Below the pieces are notes generated by a model. It did no database searches. It worked only from the letters and a program-made list of their open reading frames with translations, and was not told where the DNA came from. A program made the translations under genes and the position numbers. From Clostridia bacterium (GTDB lineage: Bacteria; Bacillota; Clostridia; Oscillospirales; CAG-272), in NCBI GenBank assembly GCA_017410065.1, contig JAFQRL010000004.1:5856-69855 (forward strand): a DNA stretch of 64,000 nt. Reading direction: 5' to 3'. Below are positions 53,558-62,573 of this stretch, in pieces (the stretch's first letter is position 1; every line of letters starts with the position of its first letter).

Positions 53558-54970
53558 TTACAAGCCGAGAACGCTTCTTGAAACGAGGAAGTATAAGACG
53601 AGGGACACGGCGTCCACGAGAGTCGTGATAAGGGGCGACGCCATAACCGCAGGGTCCAGCCCGATTTTTTTAGCCAGAAGCGGGAGTATCGCGCCGATCA
53701 TTTTTGCCACGATTATTGTGACGGTGAGAGACAGAGCTATGGCAACGGCAACGGTGAGGGTGATCGCATCGTCTCCCAGCATAAGTCTATCAACAAGCAT
53801 AACCTTTGCGAAGGTGACGACTCCGAGCGAGACACCGCAAAGTATACCCACGCGCAGCTCCTTCCAGAACACTCTTGGCAGGTCGGAGAATGAGACCTCG
53901 GCAAGCGAGATGCTTCGGGTGACGGTTACGGAGGACTGACCGCCCGAATTTCCGCCTGTGCCCATAATCATCGGGACGAACAGGACGAGAACGGCGGGGA
54001 GTGCCGCCTCAAAGCCCGAGAGGATCGCTCCCGAGACGGTGGATGAAAGCATCAGAAGCAAAAGCCAGGGCACTCTTGAAAGAAAGAGCGAGAGGGCTGA
54101 CGCTTTAAGATAGGGCGTTTCGGTGGGGGTGATAGCCGCCATTTTTGCGAAGTCCTCCTCGGATTCCTCGCTGATGACGTCGATAGCATCGTCAAGAGTG
54201 ATGATACCGACGAGCCTTCCCTCGCTATCCACCACGGGCATTGCAAGAAGTCCGTATTTATTCAGGACTCTTGCGACCTCCTCGCGGTCGTCGTGGGTAT
54301 TAACGCAGAGCACGTTGCGCTCCATAATATCGGTGAGCGGGGTGTCAAGCTCAGAGGTGAGAAGCTCCCTTGCGGTGACAACGCCTGTGAGGTGCCTGTC
54401 CTTATCGGTTACGTAGCAGGTGTAGATGGTTTCCTTATCTATTGCAACTCGGCGGATATGGGTGAGGGCGGCTTCCACGTCTATTCCCTCAATGAAGCGG
54501 ACGTACTCGGTGGTCATAACGCTGCCCGCTGACTGCTTCGGATAATTGAGTATCTGATTAATAACGCGACGGTCTGCGGGGTCGGAGGAGCGAAGTATTC
54601 TTTTTACAACGACAGCTGGCATTTCCTCGATAAGGTCGACCGTGTCGTCGATATAAAGCTCGGAGAGGATCTCGGAGAGCTCGCGGTCGGTGAAGGATGC
54701 GATAAGTCGCTCTCTTGTTTCAGCCTCCAGCTCAACGAACACCTCCGCCGCCTGCTCCTTGGAGAGTAGCCTGAAAAGTATGGGCTCGTCCCGATCCTCA
54801 AGCTCGCCGAAGATCGCCGCAAGGTCAGGCGCAGGGATAACCTCGGCTATCTCCCTGAGCTTGCGGTAGCTTTTATTTCTGATCTGCTCTTCAATAACAG
54901 AAACAGCCTCCGCATAGGACGGCTGAGCAACCGCCTGGCGAAGGCTTTGATTAATGATCATTTCTTCCAT
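53558..54970 (-). CDS. mgtE: magnesium transporter MgtE
   Basis: MgtE N-domain, tandem CBS domains and a C-terminal 5-TM channel with the GGNSGGQS motif. Confidence 0.92.
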   Translation of the reverse strand: MEEMIINQSLRQAVAQPSYAEAVSVIEEQIRNKSYRKLREIAEVIPAPDLAAIFGELEDRDEPILFRLLSKEQAAEVFVELEAETRERLIASFTDRELSEILSELYIDDTVDLIEEMPAVVVKRILRSSDPADRRVINQILNYPKQSAGSVMTTEYVRFIEGIDVEAALTHIRRVAIDKETIYTCYVTDKDRHLTGVVTARELLTSELDTPLTDIMERNVLCVNTHDDREEVARVLNKYGLLAMPVVDSEGRLVGIITLDDAIDVISEESEEDFAKMAAITPTETPYLKASALSLFLSRVPWLLLLMLSSTVSGAILSGFEAALPAVLVLFVPMIMGTGGNSGGQSSVTVTRSISLAEVSFSDLPRVFWKELRVGILCGVSLGVVTFAKVMLVDRLMLGDDAITLTVAVAIALSLTVTIIVAKMIGAILPLLAKKIGLDPAVMASPLITTLVDAVSLVLYFLVSRSVLGL

Positions 54971-55125
54971 TTTGCCTCCTTTTGGCAGAGCAAAACGGGC
55001 GTAGAGGAAAATTTCAAAAGGTCTCTACACCAAGGCTTGATCTGCCGAATATTCAATTATTGCTTTAGGGTATGTACTTCGACTATCGTCCACCACAGCA
55101 GATCACTCCAATCATTTTTTATTTT
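54971..55125 (-). promoter_or_regulatory. structured 5' leader of mgtE (candidate riboswitch/attenuator, class unresolved)
   Basis: Long-range pairing GAUCUGCUG/CGGCAGAUC. Terminator-like hairpin GGUGUAGAG...CUCUACGCC followed by CGUUUUG. Possible SD-sequestering pairing UUUGCU/GGCAAA. Confidence 0.45.
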
Positions 55126-55132
55126 CGTATTT

Positions 55133-55161
55133 ATTATACTACCGCAAAAGCGGTTTGTCAA
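55133..55161 (-). promoter_or_regulatory. sigma-A type promoter of mgtE (TTGACA - 17 bp - TATAAT)
   Basis: Minus strand reads TTGACAAACCGCTTTTGCGGTAGTATAAT. Confidence 0.65.
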
Positions 55162-55247
55162 CATTTATTTTGATTTGGTAAAATTATTATTTAAAAGACG
55201 GTTCCCATAGCGCGAAAAAGCCATTTTTCAAATTTGCTATAAGCAGA

Positions 55248-55682
55248 TCAAAGAAGCAGATCAAGCTCCTCCTCGGTGAAAACCGTGATTTCCTCCTTCA
55301 TAAGAAGCTCCGCCGCAACGCCGTCTCCCTCGGTGAGAGTGCCGCTGAAGCTACCGTCATATATCAGCCCCTTGCCGCAGGATGGACTGCGAGCCTTAAG
55401 GAGCGCGAGACTTACGCCGTTTGCTTTTGCTATATCAAGGGATGCCTCGGCACCTCTTTTATAGTTTTCGGTAACGTCGCGCCCGTCCTTCATAAGGACT
55501 CTCCCGCCCACTCGTTCGCTTGGGATCCTCGGCGTTGGAAGTCCGCCGTAGATCTCGGGGCAGATAGGGATAAGATTATATTTTTTACGAAGCGCGGATA
55601 CATCTACCTTGGTAACCCGCTTTCCGTCGTAGCGGCAAGGAATACCGAGAAGGCACGCGCTGATAAGCAAATTCCTTTTCAT
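55248..55682 (-). CDS. DUF523-family protein
   Basis: LISACLLGIPCRYDGK N-terminus and the PSCG motif are typical of DUF523. Confidence 0.7.
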   Translation of the reverse strand: MKRNLLISACLLGIPCRYDGKRVTKVDVSALRKKYNLIPICPEIYGGLPTPRIPSERVGGRVLMKDGRDVTENYKRGAEASLDIAKANGVSLALLKARSPSCGKGLIYDGSFSGTLTEGDGVAAELLMKEEITVFTEEELDLLL

Positions 55683-55727
55683 TTCAAAGTCCTTTTTTAT
55701 GTGATATTATGGCAAATATGCAAATAG

Positions 55728-57110
55728 TTATTTACTTATGAGGTCATTTTTGATCATTTCCGTGTCTCCCGCACCCATCACGATTATTGCCCCTTGAGTG
55801 TGCTCATCGATTACCGAGCAGACCTCGTGATCGGCGGCATAGTATGCTCTCTCGCCGATATCGGCGGCAAGGCGACGGGAATTTACGCCTGTTATAGGCT
55901 TTTCTCTTGCAGGGTAGATATCGGTGAGGACTATGTGGTCGGCAAGAGAAAGTGCGGCTGAGAATTCCGACCAGAGTGCCATCGTGCGAGAGAAGGTGTG
56001 AGGCTTGAAAACGACCGTTATAAAGTCGCGGGCTATGGGCTTCAAGGCATTGATACCCGCTATTATCTCGGTTGGATGATGGGCGTAGTCGTAATATACG
56101 GGTCTGCCGTGATGATTTCCAACAAGCTCAAGTCTTCTTGGAACGCCGCGGAAGCTCTCTATTGCCTCCTTGACTATCTGCACTCCCGCGCCCATCTCAA
56201 GTGCAGCCGCCGCGGCGGCAGCTGCATCGGTTACGTTGTGGACCCCCGGGACCGACAGCTTGATCTTTACCACCTTTGCTCCGTGATGATAGAGGGTGAA
56301 TTCCATTCCGTCATCCAAAAAGGCGGTGATATGATATCGCCAGTCCGCCCGCTCGCCCTGCCCAAAGGTGATGACTCTTGCGTGGATGTCGTGCATAATT
56401 TCGGAAAGGTGCTCGTCATCAAGATTAAGAAGGACGAAGGTCGATGCCTTGGAAAGTGCCTTAACGTAGGACGAGCGCATTGCCTTGATGTCGTGGAAAT
56501 AGTCTGTGTGATCCAGCTCAAGATTCAAGGCGATCGCCACGGTTGGCGAGAAGCAAAGGAAGGAATCGCGGTATTCACAGGCTTCGTATATCAGCATCTC
56601 TCCCCTGCCCACTCTCAGCGGCTCGCCGTTGATAAGCTCTGCGCCCGAGAGAGTGGTTGGCTGACTCATTCCCGCGGAGAATATAGCATCAAGCATCGAT
56701 ACGGTGGTGCTCTTGCCGTGAGTTCCCGAGATGCCTATGCGCCCCTTGTAATCAAGCATCAGCGCGCCGAGAAGCTCCGCACGGGAAACGGTGGGAATAC
56801 CGAGATTATTTGCGTTTATCAGCTCGGAATTGCGCTCGGAAATTGCGTGAGAATATACGACAAGACCTGCGCCTCTCACGTTTGAGCCCTCGTGACCGAT
56901 AAAGATCTTAACTCCTCTTAAGGCAAGCTCCTTGGTGCGGGGAGATACTATTCTGTCGCTACCTGTGACCGTGGCTCCGAGGAGGAGGGCAAGCCTTGCA
57001 AGCGAATACATCGAAACGCCGCCGATGCCCACGAAATGGATCGTTATTCCCTTTTGGCTGGCAAGCTTGCGAATACCGTCAAAGGTCAGCTTCTTCTTTT
57101 GATTTGCCAT
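55728..57110 (-). CDS. murC: UDP-N-acetylmuramate--L-alanine ligase
   Basis: IHFVGIGGVSMYSLA Rossmann motif, GISGTHGKSTT P-loop, Mur ligase middle and C domains. Confidence 0.92.
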   Translation of the reverse strand: MANQKKKLTFDGIRKLASQKGITIHFVGIGGVSMYSLARLALLLGATVTGSDRIVSPRTKELALRGVKIFIGHEGSNVRGAGLVVYSHAISERNSELINANNLGIPTVSRAELLGALMLDYKGRIGISGTHGKSTTVSMLDAIFSAGMSQPTTLSGAELINGEPLRVGRGEMLIYEACEYRDSFLCFSPTVAIALNLELDHTDYFHDIKAMRSSYVKALSKASTFVLLNLDDEHLSEIMHDIHARVITFGQGERADWRYHITAFLDDGMEFTLYHHGAKVVKIKLSVPGVHNVTDAAAAAAAALEMGAGVQIVKEAIESFRGVPRRLELVGNHHGRPVYYDYAHHPTEIIAGINALKPIARDFITVVFKPHTFSRTMALWSEFSAALSLADHIVLTDIYPAREKPITGVNSRRLAADIGERAYYAADHEVCSVIDEHTQGAIIVMGAGDTEMIKNDLISK

Positions 57111-57423
57111 ATATCTCCTCTCCGCGCCGAGATCCTTATATTTTGCTCGGGCTATTTTTATACTATGCGCAGCCTCAGACTTGTGACATTTAAGCTTGGC
57201 TCTCGCCTATCACAGAAAGGCTGATGCGTATCTCATTTTTATTCGGCTTCATTTCGCTTTTTTAGCAGAAATTGTCAAAACTATGCAAAATGAACTATGT
57301 TCACAAAAAAGTTACAGCATATAGCGTAATTGTTTTATTTTAGAATAAATAATTTTAAAATTTATATATTATACTAGTATCGTTATTGTTACCGAAGCGT
57401 TAAAATTTATGAAAGGAATGCAA

Positions 57424-57735
57424 ATGATGAACTTGACCGATATTAAAATCAGGAAGTTTTTTGATGAAGGACCTATGAAGGCTGTGGTTTCCGTAACCTT
57501 CAACGATTGCCTTGCGGTTCACGACATTAAGGTTATCTATGCCCGTGAAAGATATTTTATCGTTATGCCCTCCAGGAAAAATCCTGACGGAACATACCGC
57601 GACATCGTACATCCCATCAATGCTGACTTCAGAGCGGCACTTGAGGAAGCTGTTATCAATGCTTACCACGCACAGCTTGCCGAGGCTCAGAGTGCTCCCG
57701 AGAGCGATCTTGACAAAGACACTGTAATTATCTGA
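57424..57735 (+). CDS. spoVG: septation / stage V sporulation protein G
   Basis: NLTDIKIRKFFDEGPMKAVVSVTFNDCLAVHDIKVIYARERYFIVMPSRK. The start is ambiguous among ATG 57409, 57418, 57424 and 57427. Confidence 0.9.
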   Translation: MMNLTDIKIRKFFDEGPMKAVVSVTFNDCLAVHDIKVIYARERYFIVMPSRKNPDGTYRDIVHPINADFRAALEEAVINAYHAQLAEAQSAPESDLDKDTVII

Positions 57736-57750
57736 TCTATTGAATACGCA

Positions 57751-57803
57751 AAGCATCAGGCGGCGGACCATACGTCCTCTTCCCTTGATGCTTTTCGTTT
57801 TTT
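57751..57803 (+). terminator. intrinsic terminator of spoVG
   Basis: AAGCATCAGG...CCTTGATGCTT with an inner GGAC/GTCC stem, followed by TTTCGTTTTTT. Confidence 0.7.
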
Positions 57804-57874
57804 ATCGGCCTTTTCTTCACTGCTTGCGGTGCTTCACTGCAAGCCTCTCACGAAATGCAAGCCTCGACACGTTC

Positions 57875-57920
57875 GATAAAATCGGGACGGAGAAGTGGCA
57901 CAAGCCAACATCTCCGTCCC
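57875..57920 (-). terminator. intrinsic terminator of the zinc-ribbon protein gene
   Basis: 10-bp perfect stem GGGACGGAGA/TCTCCGTCCC, followed on the minus strand by GATTTTATC. Confidence 0.7.
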
Positions 57921-57982
57921 ACTTAGGTAAATATTTTACCCTGCGGCTATGAGCAATATCTGCTCACGGTCGTTTATTTTTA

Positions 57983-59608
57983 TTATTCCTCTGCGGAAAG
58001 CTCTGCTACGTTTTCAGCCTCTGCCGCGGGAGCCTCTGCTACCTCAGCCTCTGCCTTTTTGCGAGCCTTTTTGCGGGGAGTTGCAGCCTCAACGTCCTTC
58101 TGCTTTTCAAGAGTGGACTTCTGATCGCGAAGAACCTGCTTCTGGGAAGCAAGAGCTTCCTTCTGCATACCGAGAACCTCAGCCTGACGAGCCGCAAGCT
58201 CTGCCTGGAGATCAACGTTCTTATTATTGCCTGCTATGATGGACTGCTGAGTTGCGATGATGTCCTTCTGCGCCTGCATTACAGACTTCATTGCTTCCTC
58301 AAGAGTGGACTGAGTTTCAATAACTACGCGCTGGCTCTCCTCCATTGCTGCCTGAGCCTCGGTGAGACCCTGCTGACGCTCCTGAGCGGACTTCTGCTGC
58401 TCGATAAGCATCGTCTGCTCCTCGGCAATAGCAACCTGATCCTGAGCGATAACTCTCTGGTTAACCTGGATGCCCTGCTGCTCACGAACGGTGTGGCGCT
58501 GAAGGTCGTTTGTCTGCTTCTGGAGATCGTTGATGGAGCTCTGCTTATCGGAAAGCTCGGTGTAGGTTGCGGTGAGCTCTGCCATAGAAGCGGTGAGTGC
58601 CTTAAGGTTATCCATCATTGCGGTGAGCTTTTCGATGAGGAACTTCTCGTCGTCGAGAATAGAGCTCTCAAGAGCCATAATCTCATCTGCACCGTAGGTT
58701 CTGGAAACGAGAGTGGGAACTGCGGGCTCTGCTGCGGGAGCCTGAGAGGCGGGCGCATAGCCTGCGGGAATATTAACGGGATGCTCGGAAAGGAACTTCT
58801 CGATGCGCTTATCAAATGCAAGAACGAACTTCTGCATCGTTGCGGCGATAGCCTTCTCAACGATAGCGGAAACGTCTACGGATACGGGCATAATTCTGGG
58901 AGCAACGTCTGCCGCGGGCTCCTCTGCTACGGGAGCGGGTGCCGCGCTCTGATCTGCGCCGCAGTAGCAGCAGAATGCAGAGTCTGCATCGATCTCCTTG
59001 CCGCAGTTATAGCAATAAACCTTCTCTGCAACAGCCTCATTAACAACAGTCACTTCTTCTTCCTCCTTGATCTCGGGTGCTTCTTCAACAACGGGAGCCT
59101 CCTCTGCGGGAGCCTCAGCAACTACCTCCTCTGCGGGAGCCTCGGCTGCTACCTCAACCTCCTCCTCAACTGCGGGGAGAGTGATGCCGTCTGTGATGAG
59201 CTGGATCTTGTTTACTCGTTCGTCTATTTCGATTATGTATCTATCGCACTCGGAAACGTACTTAACGCTCTTATCGTCGGGAAGAGCTGCGGCGATCTCG
59301 TTATAAAGATCGCGAACCTCGCCAACGAGCTTATTGATGCACTCGCCGATGCTATTATAGGTAGCGGCGCACTCAAGGAAATCAGCCTTTGCATCCTCGT
59401 ACTTTTCAGTGTTCTTCTTGCCGGGCTTCTTATCGAAAGCGTTCTTTGCGCTTGCAAAATACTTTGCGGCGCCTGCAACGTTCTTTGCCGCCATTTTATA
59501 GAGGCTAAGCTCGCCGTTGACCTTCTTCTTATTGTCGGCAACCTCGCGGTAAAGCTCAGCAACGTATGCTTTCACTTCTTTTTTACTTGATGATGAATTA
59601 ACAGCCAT
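57983..59608 (-). CDS. zinc-ribbon, acidic-repeat and Q-rich coiled-coil protein, function unknown
   Basis: CYNCGKEIDADSAFCCYCG zinc ribbon, AEAPAEE repeats, long Gln/Glu-rich heptad-like C-terminal half. The start is set at MAVNSS (ATG 59608). Confidence 0.6.
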   Translation of the reverse strand: MAVNSSSSKKEVKAYVAELYREVADNKKKVNGELSLYKMAAKNVAGAAKYFASAKNAFDKKPGKKNTEKYEDAKADFLECAATYNSIGECINKLVGEVRDLYNEIAAALPDDKSVKYVSECDRYIIEIDERVNKIQLITDGITLPAVEEEVEVAAEAPAEEVVAEAPAEEAPVVEEAPEIKEEEEVTVVNEAVAEKVYCYNCGKEIDADSAFCCYCGADQSAAPAPVAEEPAADVAPRIMPVSVDVSAIVEKAIAATMQKFVLAFDKRIEKFLSEHPVNIPAGYAPASQAPAAEPAVPTLVSRTYGADEIMALESSILDDEKFLIEKLTAMMDNLKALTASMAELTATYTELSDKQSSINDLQKQTNDLQRHTVREQQGIQVNQRVIAQDQVAIAEEQTMLIEQQKSAQERQQGLTEAQAAMEESQRVVIETQSTLEEAMKSVMQAQKDIIATQQSIIAGNNKNVDLQAELAARQAEVLGMQKEALASQKQVLRDQKSTLEKQKDVEAATPRKKARKKAEAEVAEAPAAEAENVAELSAEE

Positions 59609-59817
59609 AGGATAATACCTCTTTCTCCGCAAGCGCGGTAGTTCTTAACAACTATATTATATCAAAATAATTATCAACCGTCAATAGATATGAGCAAAAA
59701 TTTTTAATTTTTTTTAATAATTTTCGTGTAGTATGCCTCGCGCGCGAGGAAATTCTCATCCGAATTCGTTTATTTTGGCTACTAAACATTACAATTCGGC
59801 GAAAATGGAGCAGGTGG

Positions 59818-59853
59818 AAAACGAAAAGAAGGCGACCGCGCGGGCCGCCTTCC
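59818..59853 (-). terminator. intrinsic terminator of the ABC ATPase gene
   Basis: Minus strand reads GAAGGCGGCCCGCGCGGTCGCCTTC followed by TTTTCGTTTTCC. Confidence 0.7.
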
Positions 59854-59871
59854 ATAATATTTAATTCAAAA

Positions 59872-61005
59872 TCAGTGGCAGATGCACTTCTCGGTATCCT
59901 TATCGAAGATGTGGATACGGGAGGAATCGATCGCAACGGTGATCCTGTCGCCTGCCTGAGCCTTGGAGCGGGAGGAAACTCTTGCGATGATGTTCTTGCC
60001 GTTGGTTGCATCCTCCATACCCTCGAAGCCGAGGTAGAGATAGATCTCAGCACCCATAAGCTCGGTAACGTCAACGTCAACCTGCATAGTGGTCTCGGAC
60101 ATAGTCTCAAGATACATAGGCTCGTCGTGAATAGCCTCGGGACGAACGCCGAAGATAACGTCCTGACCGATGTACTCCTTGAGGTCGGGGTTGTTGGACT
60201 TATCAGCGGGAAGCTTGATCTCGGTTGTACCGAAGGTAGCATAGAGATCGTTATCGTGCTTAACGAGCTTACCTGTGATGAAGTTCATCTGAGGAGTGCC
60301 AATGAAGCCTGCAACGAAGAGATTGCAGGGAGAATCGTAAAGATTCTGAGGAGTATCAACCTGCTGGATAAGACCGTCCTTCATAACAACGATACGGGAA
60401 GCCATCGTCATAGCCTCGACCTGGTCGTGCGTTACGTAGATGAAGGTGGTCTCAACCTTCTTGTGAAGCTTGGTGAGCTCGGTTCTCATCGATGCACGAA
60501 GCTTAGCGTCAAGGTTGGAAAGAGGCTCGTCGAGAAGGAATACCTTGGGGTTACGAACGATAGCACGGCCAAGGGCAACTCTCTGCTTCTGACCACCCGA
60601 AAGAGCCTTGGGGCGTCTCTCAAGAAGATGGCTGATGTCAAGAATTCTTGCAGCCTCCTCAACGCGGCGCTTGATCTCCTCCTTGGGAGTCTTGCGGAGC
60701 TTAAGGCCGAATGCCATATTATCAAATACAGTCATATGAGGATAAAGAGCGTAGTTCTGGAACACCATCGCGATATCTCTATCCTTAGGAGCGATGTCGT
60801 TTACGTATCTATCGCCGATGTAGAGCTCGCCCTCGGAAATCTCCTCAAGGCCTGCGATCATACGAAGGGTGGTGGACTTACCGCAACCCGAAGGACCAAC
60901 GAAGATAAGGAACTCCTTATCCTTGATCTCAAGGTTGAAGTCGGAAACGGCTACAACGCCGCCGGGGTACTTCTTGTAGATGTGTCTGAGTGAAAGACCT
61001 GCCAT
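59872..61005 (-). CDS. sugar ABC-transporter ATP-binding protein (MsmX/MalK/UgpC type), stand-alone
   Basis: Walker A GPSGCGKST, signature LSGGQKQR, Walker B FLLDEPLS, MalK-like C-terminal TOBE domain. No permease genes are adjacent. Confidence 0.9.
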   Translation of the reverse strand: MAGLSLRHIYKKYPGGVVAVSDFNLEIKDKEFLIFVGPSGCGKSTTLRMIAGLEEISEGELYIGDRYVNDIAPKDRDIAMVFQNYALYPHMTVFDNMAFGLKLRKTPKEEIKRRVEEAARILDISHLLERRPKALSGGQKQRVALGRAIVRNPKVFLLDEPLSNLDAKLRASMRTELTKLHKKVETTFIYVTHDQVEAMTMASRIVVMKDGLIQQVDTPQNLYDSPCNLFVAGFIGTPQMNFITGKLVKHDNDLYATFGTTEIKLPADKSNNPDLKEYIGQDVIFGVRPEAIHDEPMYLETMSETTMQVDVDVTELMGAEIYLYLGFEGMEDATNGKNIIARVSSRSKAQAGDRITVAIDSSRIHIFDKDTEKCICH

Positions 61006-61473
61006 TTTAGTTCTCCTTTTGGAAAATTATTTTTTAACGATACTATTCTACCATATTTTAATAAAAAATCCAATTGGCAATACTCACGATTTTTGCATTT
61101 GGTTTTTGTGCAGTTCTAACAAATATCAGATGTATAAATTGTGAACTATGCCGAGCAAAAAAACCACTTTCTAATTTATTAGAGAAAAATTATAATCGAA
61201 CGCGCTAAAAAGCTTGGTAACAGGCTCGCAAGCATATCCGAGAGCTGTCGCCCGATTATCCTAAAGTGTTCAGAGGTTTTAGTCTTATTCGTTAGTAAAA
61301 GTCTGTGCTCTCTCCGTCGCACCGCATTTATATTGCACGCATCAAGGACTACATCTTATTTCCCGATATTTCCCTCTCAAAAGGTGAAAATGCAAAATAT
61401 AGTTTACATTTACCCAACTTTTGAGCTGATACTACCGTAAAAATCCGAGTCAACCGATTATGGGAATAAGCTG

Positions 61474-61525
61474 AAAAACACAAAGGCGACTCGCAAAGAG
61501 GGAGGCTTTCCGCTCGCAAGTCGCC
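61474..61525 (-). terminator. intrinsic terminator of tpiA
   Basis: Minus strand reads GGCGACTTGC-loop-GCGAGTCGCC followed by TTTGTGTTTTT. Confidence 0.7.
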
Positions 61526-61589
61526 AAGATATATGTGTTTTTTTGATGAGCAAGGAAGACCTACTACCTTTACTCTGCGGCGCGTGATC

Positions 61590-62348
61590 TTATGCGTTAG
61601 CCGCCTTAACGATAGCCGTGAACTTATCGGTCTTAAGAGATGCACCGCCGATAAGGCCGCCGTCAACGTTTACCTTGGAGAGAAGCTCTGCCGCATTGCC
61701 GTCGTTCATAGAGCCGCCGTACTGAACGGTGATAGCCTCCGCAGCCTCTGCTCCGAATGCCTCTGCAACCGCCGCGCGAACGAAGCCGTTGCCCTCGTCT
61801 GCCTGATCGGCAGTAGCGGTGACACCCGTGCCGATAGCCCATACGGGCTCGTATGCAATGATAACGTTTGAAAGCTGATCGGGAGTGACGTTTGTGAGAG
61901 CCATCTTTGTCTGATACTTAAGAAGGGTCTCGGTGTAGCCGAGCTGACGCTCCTCAAGAGTCTCGCCAACGCAAACGATAGCCTTAAGACCTGCACCAAG
62001 TGCCGCAAGGGTACGAAGGTTTACAGTCTTGTCTGTCTCTGCAAAATACTGACGGCGCTCGGAGTGACCGATAACAACGTACTCAACACCTGCCTCAACA
62101 AGCATCTTTGCGCTGAGCTCGCCCGTGTATGCACCCGACTCCTTGAAATGTACGTTTTCAGCACCGATCTTGATGTTGGTGCCTGCCGCAGCCTCAACAG
62201 CCGCGGGAATATCAATAGCGGGAACGCAAAGGACGATATCGCAACCGTCAAGTCCCGCAACCATAGGAGCAAGCTCGGCGATGAACTTCTTGGTCTCCGA
62301 GGGAGTCATATTCATCTTCCAGTTGCCCGCAATTACTGTTCTTCTCAT
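61590..62348 (-). CDS. tpiA: triosephosphate isomerase
   Basis: AGNWKMN, IGHSERR and AYEPVWAIGTG motifs. Confidence 0.95.
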   Translation of the reverse strand: MRRTVIAGNWKMNMTPSETKKFIAELAPMVAGLDGCDIVLCVPAIDIPAAVEAAAGTNIKIGAENVHFKESGAYTGELSAKMLVEAGVEYVVIGHSERRQYFAETDKTVNLRTLAALGAGLKAIVCVGETLEERQLGYTETLLKYQTKMALTNVTPDQLSNVIIAYEPVWAIGTGVTATADQADEGNGFVRAAVAEAFGAEAAEAITVQYGGSMNDGNAAELLSKVNVDGGLIGGASLKTDKFTAIVKAANA

Positions 62349-62385
62349 TTTTTCTTTCCTTTTTATTATATAAGGTTTTTATTCA

Positions 62386-62415
62386 AATATTGGCAAGCCG
62401 CAGCTTGCCAATATT
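62386..62415 (-). terminator. 13-bp perfect palindrome AATATTGGCAAGC-CGCA-GCTTGCCAATATT between pgk and tpiA (possible partial terminator or processing site)
   Basis: Read directly. Followed on the minus strand by UGAAUAAAAA, so the U-run is weak. Confidence 0.4.
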
Positions 62416-62422
62416 CTTTAAT

Positions 62423-62553
62423 GTTCATTTTTTTAAGCTCGTTGGATCAAGAATTTATGCCGTTCATTTTTTCAAGCTTGTTGGATCAAGAATTTTGAGC
62501 AGAAATTCTTGATTGCGACCCGAAGGCGTAGTTACCTACGTCGAGCGGGAGCA
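62423..62553. repeat. 2 x 34-bp direct repeat (period 39) plus an 11-bp-stem hairpin and nested-hairpin element copy E
   Basis: GTTCATTTTTTNAAGCTNGTTGGATCAAGAATTT at 62423 and 62462. ATCAAGAATTT-TGAGCAG-AAATTCTTGAT at 62485-62513. GCGACCCGAAGGCGTAGTTACCTACGTCGAGCGGGAGC at 62516-62553. Confidence 0.8.
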
Positions 62554-62573
62554 AGCGAGGATTTATGCCAAAA

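Noticed and set aside
54971-55125. Calling the mgtE leader an M-box riboswitch outright.
   Set aside because: The context fits, but I could not align the conserved M-box core segments. It is kept as an unresolved structured leader.
61349-61666. 105-aa ORF in the tpiA-ABC ATPase intergenic region, and the 112-aa plus-strand ORF at 61533-61871.
   Set aside because: Both overlap the tpiA 3' end and its terminator, with no RBS and no motifs.
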